Part shown: in pieces, positions 54,792 to 61,561 of the stretch
How positions within the stretch are numbered: the first letter of the stretch is position 1
How the letters are laid out: every line of letters begins with the position of its first letter
Origin: an uncultured Planctomycetaceae bacterium
GTDB taxonomy: Bacteria; Planctomycetota; Planctomycetia; Isosphaerales; Isosphaeraceae
NCBI GenBank assembly: GCA_963833985.1
Contig: CAWIAD010000002.1
Span: forward strand, 2,464,001 to 2,528,000
DNA: 64,000 nt
Reading direction: 5' to 3'
Notes under the pieces: model-generated
The model's database searches: none
Seen by the model: only the letters and a program-made list of their open reading frames with translations
Told to the model about the DNA's origin: nothing
Position numbers and translations under genes: made by a program

Positions 54792-55024
54792 GTGATAAGG
54801 TAAGGTGATAAGAAGGTGATAAGGGGCCACCCACACTTCTAGGTGATAAGAAGGTGATAAGGGGCCACCCACACTTCTGGCCTCCTACTGGACAAACGGC
54901 TCCGACTTGGATACGTTTGTTCATTATGAGATGGGCCAGGTCGAAGTCGACCGCAGGAGGATAAGAGCAGGAGGATAACAAGGATAAGCAAGGATAAGCA
55001 CAGGATAAGGGCCACCCACACTTC
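54791..55024 (-). repeat. Left array: GAAGTGTGGGTGGCCC motif x3 with reiterated TTATCACC / TTATCCT tails (read on the minus strand)
   Basis: GCCACCCACACTTC at 54826, 54864 and 55011; GGTGATAAG x5; GGATAA(G/C) x5; perfect 38-bp tandem at 54803-54840 and 54841-54878. Confidence 0.9.
54889..54917 (+). promoter_or_regulatory. Candidate promoter, copy 1 (TGGACA-17-TACGTT), overlapping a CAAACG...CGTTTG inverted repeat
   Basis: The hexamers, 17-nt spacing and IR are conserved in the diverged second copy while the spacer sequence differs. Confidence 0.5.
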
Positions 55025-55034
55025 CTTCAGGTAC

Positions 55035-55063
55035 TGGACAAACGGTGCCGGATTAGGTACGTT
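55035..55063 (+). promoter_or_regulatory. Candidate promoter, copy 2 (TGGACA-17-TACGTT), for the HUH nuclease gene
   Basis: Lies about 70 bp upstream of the ATG at 55136, with RBS CAGGAG in between. Confidence 0.55.
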
Positions 55064-55135
55064 TGATCATCACTAGGCGGACCAGGTCGATGTCGGACCG
55101 GCCACCGATCGTCAGTCGATCAGGAGCACACCAGC

Positions 55136-56504
55136 ATGGCACGGCGGAATCGTGCGGAAATCGTCGTCGCGGATGAGATGGGGGTCTACCACTGTGTGCA
55201 GCGGGTCGTACGCAGGGCGTTTCTCTGCGGGGTCGATCCGCTCTCAGGCAAGTCCTACGATCATCGCAGGGCATGGATCCGGGACCGCCTCGAGTCGCTC
55301 GCGGGGCTCTTCGGCGTGGAGATCGCCGCCTTTGCGGTGATGTCCAACCATCTTCATGTGATGCTCCGCATCCGTCCTGATGTGGTCATGCTCTGGCCCG
55401 ATCACGAGGTCGCCAGGCGCTGGCTGGTCCTCTTCCCCGGCCGGGTGGAGACCACGCCGGATCCCTCCACAATCCCGACCGCCATGGCCTGGCCGGTCGA
55501 ACAGCACGGTCCAAGCCAGGCACCCGGCACCACGGCCTTGCCCTCCAGCGGAGCATTCACCGACCCGCTGGAACAGGCGGTCGCCATCCTCACCGCGGAT
55601 CCTTCGCTGATGGCAACGATCCGCGGCCGACTCTCCAGTCTCTCATGGTTCATGCGTGCCCTGGCCGAGCCGATCGCCCGCCGGGCCAACCGCGAGGACC
55701 GCTGCACCGGCCGCTTCTGGGAGGGCCGGTTCAAGTCGCAACGGCTGCTGGACGAGGCGGCCTTGCTGGCGTGCAGCATCTACGTCGATCTGAACCCGAT
55801 TCGCGCCGGGCTGTCTGATCGACCGGAGACCAGCGAGTTGACTTCCGCCCACGAGCGGATCATGGCCCTGCTCCAGGATGTCCCAGCCCACTGTGCACCC
55901 AGCGCATCACGTCTTGACGTCAGTCCTGTGGCAGTGGCACGGCCGAACGAGGCTCTGTCGTCTGCGGCGGAACAGGATACGCAAGTGCTTGTGGGAGAAC
56001 CCCCTGTGGCGTCACCGGCTGCGGAAACCGTCCGCCGGGCCCGACCGCACGAACACGAACGCGAGCAGGCTCACATGACGCTCCGCGATGGCTGGCTCAG
56101 CCCGATCGAGCTGGATGCAGCGCTCCGAACCGCTGACCACAGCCATGGCAGAACCGCGAGCGGCCGCGGCCGAGACGCCGGGCGAGCCGACGCGAGCGCG
56201 GCGGGCCAGCAATCGCGGGCTGCTGCCGATGACGCTGGAGAACTACCTCGATTTGCTGGACTGGACGGGTCGACAATTGCGAACCGGGAGCCTTGGCGTG
56301 ATACCCGCGGGGCTGGCGTCGCTTCTCGATCGGCTGCAAATCTGCGCCGGGACATGGCTGGAGACAGTGACGCGGTTCGGCCGCCGGTTCCACCGCGCGG
56401 TGGGGCTGGCAGACCACCTGAAGGCGGAAGCTCAGCGGCTGGGCGTGACCTGGCTGCACGGCGTCCGCTGGAGCCAGCAAGCGTTCGCACCACCCGGTTC
56501 GTGA
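55136..56504 (+). CDS. REP-associated tyrosine transposase (RAYT)-like HUH/Y1 nuclease, long form (frameshift near 56118)
   Basis: GVYHCVQRVVRRAFLCG, HUH motif FAVMSNHLHVML, SLSWFMRAL.EPIARRANRED.CTGRFWEGRFKSQ and catalytic Tyr in YVDLNPIRAG. The C-terminal 'YLDLLDWTGR...G.IP......L.RL' is in ORF 56088..56504. Confidence 0.88.
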
Positions 56505-56724
56505 GCCCGTGGGTCCCCGCCTCGTTTCGAGCGATCGCGGCAAGTCTGGTAGGCCAGGTCTGATCGAGGCCGTGTGACCATCGCGGTCCTCGATTCGCGA
56601 ATTCGGCACCGATGGCCAGTGCTCCGTCGCGTGGAAGGATTGTCCACGCCCGCGCAGCGAGCCTCCGCACGTTTTTGCTCCTCCAAGTTCGGGTCTGGGA
56701 TGTCGGGACGCGCCGGGAGTGACT

Positions 56725-57197
56725 CACCGCCGCGGCGCGAGCATCCTGCAGAATGTGGGTGGCACCAATCAGACACTTGCAGAATGTGGGTGGCACCAAT
56801 CAGACACCAATCAGACACTCCAATCAGACACTGCACCAATCAGACACCACCAATCAGACACCCCAATCAGACACCAATCAGACAGCACCAATCAGACACC
56901 GCCGCGGCGCGAGCATCCTGCAGAATGTGGGTGGCACCTAACTTGCTGTGCAGAACGTGTTGCAGAACGTGGGTGGGACTTAACTTGTTGCTTAACTTGT
57001 TGCAGAACGTGGGTGGCACTTAACTTGCACTAACTTCTGCAGAACGTGTTGCAGAACGTGGGTGGCACTTAACTTGTTGCTTAACTTGTTGCAGAACGTG
57101 GGTGGCACTTAACTTGCACTCAGAACGTGGGTGGCACTTAACTTGCTTGGGTGGCACTTAACTTGCTTAACTTGCACTTAACTTGTATTTTAACTTC
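56725..57197 (+). repeat. Right array: GCAGAA(T/C)GTGGGTGGCAC motif x~9 with reiterated CAATCAGACAC (x9) and TAACTT(G) (x~13) tails
   Basis: Read directly from the sequence. Also contains a 42-bp direct repeat (56725-56766 and 56897-56938) and an 83-bp direct repeat with one mismatch (56949-57031 and 57038-57120). Confidence 0.95.
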
Positions 57198-57415
57198 CTC
57201 GCGGGACCGCGAAGGGTCGGGCCGGGAAGAGTGCGAAGAAGCGGCAGAAAGGGCAGTAAATTGCGGCTCGTGGTTGCGTGGTGCCCAGGGCCTTTGCGGC
57301 TGCTCCGGATGACCATGCGGAGAAGCGCATTCGCGCGGCGGACTCGCGTCAGGGGCGGCGTGCGCGGTTGCCGGTACACTTCAGGTGACGAGGTGCCGCC
57401 CGGCACCAGGCGGCG

Positions 57416-57444
57416 TTGACACGAGTCAGAGTTGCGGATAGATT
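57416..57444 (+). promoter_or_regulatory. Candidate sigma70 promoter for the glycosyltransferase operon
   Basis: TTGACA (57416-21), 17 nt, TAGATT (57439-44). Confidence 0.5.
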
Positions 57445-57620
57445 CCCGGCGCACGTCGCGGCTGTGGGGCGGCGATCGGTCTGATACCCATACCTGATCC
57501 TCCATCAGCGAACCTGTTCGCACCGTACCGTGGCTCATCGGTCGAGGCGCGTGCTCGGGCAGTCCCAGGGACGGAGACGCATTCCGGCACGTGTCGCTCT
57601 TTGACGGGCGAGGGTTACTC

Positions 57621-58784
57621 ATGGATGATGTCCCCGCCGGTCCGGCGAGCTTGGAGCCGCGGAGGCCACTGCTTTCGGTCGTCGTTCCTGTCCGCGATGG
57701 GGGTGCCGACTTCGAGCACTGCCTCCGCCGGCTTCGCCACTCGACCTGGACGGATTTTGAACTGATCGTGATTGATGACGGGTCGACTGACGGCTCGAGC
57801 GCCGTGGCCAGGCGCCTGGGTGCCCTCGTTGTGTGCAACGACCGCCCGCTGGGGCCCGCGGCCGCACGGAACCACGGAGCCCAGCTTGCCACCGCGCCCT
57901 TGATCTTCTTTCTGGACGCCGACGTGGCAGTGCACGCTGATACCCTGGCCCGCGGCATGGCCCGGTTTCTTGCAGATCCGGGACTTACCGCGCTATTCGG
58001 CTCCTACGACAACCAGCCGTCGGCCCGCGGCCTGGTCAGCCAGTTTCGCAACCTGCTCCATCACTTCGTGCATCAGCAAGGTCACTTCCAGGACGGCACT
58101 CGCCCCGCACACACCTTCTGGACCGGCTGCGGGATGATCCGCCGCCAGGTCTTTCTCGATTTTGGCGGCTTTGATCCTCGGCTCTACCCCCGCCCGGCGA
58201 TCGAGGATATCGAGCTGGGTTACCGCCTCACCCGCGCGGGCCACCGCATCGTGCTGGCGCGCGACGTCCTGGCCACTCATATGAAGCGCTGGACCCTTTT
58301 CGAGATGGTCCGCACCGACATCTTCCGCCGGGGTGTCCCGTGGATGCTGTTGATCAGGCGAAGCGGCACGATCGAGACCGATCTGAACGTCAAGCCCGCC
58401 CAGCGAATGTGCGTGGCCATCACGGGGCTGATCTGGTTGGCTCTCGTGATCTGCCCCTGGAACGTCTGGGCTGCCCCGGTCGCACTGGGGGGGTCGGGGA
58501 TGATCGTCTGTTTGAACCGGGACTTTTACTGGTTCCTCACCCAGCGCCGGGGACTGGCGTTCGCCGTCCAGGCCCTGCCCATGCATCTGGTCTACTACAG
58601 TTGTTGCGCGGTCTCCGTGTTCCTTGCGCTGCTGCAATGGCACGTGGTCCATCCGATAACGCTCAAGAGCGCAGCCGTCGGCCCGCGCCGGGATCGCGTG
58701 GACCGGGGCGTGAAGCCAATCCCCGAGCCGTTTCTGGCTCGCGTCGCACGGAGGCTGGCACGATGGACAGCACGATCAAAGTAG
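57621..58784 (+). CDS. Glycosyltransferase family 2 with C-terminal TM helices
   Basis: LSVVVPVRD, VIDDGSTDGS, GPAAARN.G, FLDADV, GGFD and EDIELGYRL. Confidence 0.92.
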   Translation: MDDVPAGPASLEPRRPLLSVVVPVRDGGADFEHCLRRLRHSTWTDFELIVIDDGSTDGSSAVARRLGALVVCNDRPLGPAAARNHGAQLATAPLIFFLDADVAVHADTLARGMARFLADPGLTALFGSYDNQPSARGLVSQFRNLLHHFVHQQGHFQDGTRPAHTFWTGCGMIRRQVFLDFGGFDPRLYPRPAIEDIELGYRLTRAGHRIVLARDVLATHMKRWTLFEMVRTDIFRRGVPWMLLIRRSGTIETDLNVKPAQRMCVAITGLIWLALVICPWNVWAAPVALGGSGMIVCLNRDFYWFLTQRRGLAFAVQALPMHLVYYSCCAVSVFLALLQWHVVHPITLKSAAVGPRRDRVDRGVKPIPEPFLARVARRLARWTARSK

Positions 58785-59942
58785 CAGTGGTCCGTGGCGA
58801 CCGCCGTCGCGGGGCCGTGGCCGAAGCCCTGGCACTCATCGCCGAAGACGTGCGCGAACGGGTGTCGGCCGGCTCGTGCCCGGTGGTCGTACCGAACCTG
58901 GACAACCCGGCGCGACCCTGGACGTGCACGCATCGCGACACCCTCTCCGCGGCAGCCGATGCGGTGTATGGGGCCGGGGCGGCATCGATTCTGGTCGCTG
59001 GGGGCCGCGGCCGGCGGATGCCTCAGGCACACGACCGACGTGACGGCGCCGGACGCGACGCCTTCGAAAAGCTGGGCTACCGGGCCGAACTCTGGCAGCG
59101 TCCGGCCGCATTTCTGGATCTAGATCGGTCCGGGCCGGACCAGTCCGGCGAATCTCCCTGGACGACGATCCTCTGGGGCAGCCCAGGCGCAAATCGGCCG
59201 GCTCCCATCAGCCTGTGCACACGCGTGGCGGCTGCCCGCTGCCGCGTGGCGCTGGGGGTCTTCAAGACTCACTCCATCTACCGTGTGGGCCTGGGACTGA
59301 CCGACCTCACCGGCGTCTTCCATGCCGATGGACGACTGCATCCGGGGCATGAGATTTCCGCGCGTGCGGGGCTCTCGAGGCCGCCCGGCCCGGCGGCATG
59401 CCTGCTGACCTCCTGGCGCGGCGGGCTGGTGCGGGCATGGCTCGGTCTGCGAACGATTGCCGGCGGGATGCGGCTAACCGCTTCGGAGCTCCGCTGGCTG
59501 GCCGATGTGGAGCAGGCGACCCGGAGAATGCTTTCGCTCGCGGCGCTCGATGATGCCGCGCGTCAGCGTGATCGACGGTTTCTCCGCGATGCAAGGGGAA
59601 GGGCCCGAGCAAGGTAGGAAGCGATCTCTGCGGACGGTTGTGGCAGGAACGGACCCGGTTGCCGTCGATGCCGTGGCGGCCGCGATCATGGGCTTCAAGC
59701 CCGGTGAGATCGCCTACCTGAGGCTGGCCGAGAGCATGGGGCTGGGGAAGGCCGACCTGGAGAGCATTCACATCGTCGGCGATTCCATCTCCGCGTCGCG
59801 CAGGCGGCTTGTCCGGCATTCCTCGGATCGTCTGCTGCGGCTCGCGGGCAGCGTGCCGGTGGCCTCGCCCCCGGTGCGGCCTCCGCATTTCGATACCATC
59901 ACCAGGCCGTCGCGGACCCAGGCCCTCGCGCGGCCGCAGTGA
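58763..59942 (+). CDS. DUF362-like protein (frameshift near 59550)
   Basis: KVAVVRG, PNL, KTH, then 'VIDGFSAMQGEGP..G......VVAGTDPVAVDAVAAAIMGF.P..I.YL.LA...GLG'. Confidence 0.75.
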
Positions 59943-59974
59943 ACCTGACACGGCCGGCAAGGACCCGCCCACCC

Positions 59975-61225
59975 ATGCGCATAGGATTTGACGGCAGCTG
60001 CCTGTCGAACCGCCGCGGCTTCGGTCGCTTCTCCCGACTGCTCCTCGATGCGCTGGCGCGGCACGATCGAGGCCACGAGATCGTGGTGTTTCTGGACCAG
60101 GATGCCGACCGGCTGGTCGACATTACCGGGTCGCTGGAGCGTGTCGCGGTGAGTCTCCGCGAGCCGCCCTCCCTGGCCGCCTCGGCACGGGGCCGCCGGC
60201 GCATCACCGACATGCTCGCGATGGGCCGGGCCGTGGCCCGGTGCCGGCTGGACCTGATGTACTTCCCGGCAACCTACACGTTTTACCCGGTCTGGAACGT
60301 GCCGCGCCTGGTCGTCACCATGCACGACACACTCGCCCTGGAGCATCCCGAGCTCGTATTCCCGACGCGCCGGGGCCGGCTGGCCTGGCTGCTCAAGGAG
60401 CATGTCGCGGTCCGCATGGCTCACCGCATCGTGACGGTTTCGGAGACGTCGCGCCAGACGCTGGCGACCTGGTTTCGCCTTGATCCTCAGACGCTCCGGG
60501 TGGTCACCGAAGGTCCTGACCCGATCTTCCGGCACCGGCCAGACGACCCCGGGGCGATGGAGGTGCTGAGGAAGCATGGTCTTGGCCCGGGAACACGTTA
60601 CCTTCTGTATGTAGGCGGACTGAGCCCCCACAAGAACCTGCCGCGGCTGATCCAGGCGTTCTCCGGGCTCGACGACCGCTCCCTGGCCCTGGTGATCGTC
60701 GGCGATCTCGACGACGTTTTTCACACCCACGTCCCGGAAATCCGCCGGGTGATCGCCAGCGCCCAGGCCGGAGGGGCGGGAAGCATCATCCTTCCCGGGT
60801 TTGTTGGCGATCACGAACTCGTGCACCTTTACAACCGCGCGTACGCGCTGGTGCAACCCTCGCTCATGGAAGGCTTCGGGCTGCCACCGGTGGAGGCGAT
60901 GGCCTGTGGTACCCCGGTGCTGGCCAGCCGTGCCGGCTCGCTTCCCGAGATCGTGGGGGACGCCGGCCTCTTCTTTGAGCCTTCCGACGTGGAGTCCATT
61001 CGCGCCACCCTTGCGCGGTTGAACGCACAGCCGGACCTCAGGAACCAGCTCGCCACCCTGGCGCTCCACCGCGCGAGCCGCTTCTCATGGGACCGCGCCG
61101 CCGCGGAACTCCTCGATTGCTTCGAGGAATTCGGGTGTGGAAATCGCCCGCGCGGGCGTTCCCTCGCCTTCCGTCCGTCGCGACACACTCAGAGAAATCA
61201 GCCCACGAGTGAACACGTCCAGTGA
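59975..61225 (+). CDS. Glycosyltransferase family 4 (GT-B)
   Basis: MRIGFD, VVTMHD, TVSE, LYVG...PHKNL.RL and EGFGLPPVEAMACGTPV. Confidence 0.92.
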   Translation: MRIGFDGSCLSNRRGFGRFSRLLLDALARHDRGHEIVVFLDQDADRLVDITGSLERVAVSLREPPSLAASARGRRRITDMLAMGRAVARCRLDLMYFPATYTFYPVWNVPRLVVTMHDTLALEHPELVFPTRRGRLAWLLKEHVAVRMAHRIVTVSETSRQTLATWFRLDPQTLRVVTEGPDPIFRHRPDDPGAMEVLRKHGLGPGTRYLLYVGGLSPHKNLPRLIQAFSGLDDRSLALVIVGDLDDVFHTHVPEIRRVIASAQAGGAGSIILPGFVGDHELVHLYNRAYALVQPSLMEGFGLPPVEAMACGTPVLASRAGSLPEIVGDAGLFFEPSDVESIRATLARLNAQPDLRNQLATLALHRASRFSWDRAAAELLDCFEEFGCGNRPRGRSLAFRPSRHTQRNQPTSEHVQ

Positions 61226-61561
61226 AGCCTGGTAGACTGGAGAATGGTGTAAGCTGTCTCATGTCGTCCCAGTTTCACCAGCTTCGCTCGAAATGATCCA
61301 TGAATTTTCACGAATGAAGATCGCATCATCAATCTGCTTGAGAGCGATCCGGTACAAATCGTTAACTCCTGTTCATGGGTAATGTGCCGGCATTCTCTTT
61401 GCACGACTCGGGTGGTCGGCATAGCTTCCCCCTGCTGGCGATGGATGATGAGGCACCGACGGGTCTGCATTGCGCCAAGCAGAAACCAGAGTGCGGTTGA
61501 CCGCCCGGTCATGCGAGCCGGACAGTTCCGTGACGGATGCTGAAAGCACAGGCGAGCTTAC

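Noticed and set aside
54282..54981. ORFs 54282..54803 (+) and 54376..54981 (-) as real genes
   Set aside because: They are antisense or off-frame shadows of the ECF pseudogene and the repeat array.
56725..57197. CRISPR array
   Set aside because: There are no unique constant-length spacers, the inter-repeat sequence is itself repeat-derived, and no cas genes are present.
56432..57419. Several short ORFs with repetitive peptides (HQSDT, QNVGGT, PIRH)
   Set aside because: They are translations of the non-coding repeat array.
61226..61561. Riboswitch or ncRNA in lower-GC spacers (also 12040-12130 and 51480-51760)
   Set aside because: I recognised no consensus RNA motif; these are most likely promoter regions. 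An Rfam scan would decide.
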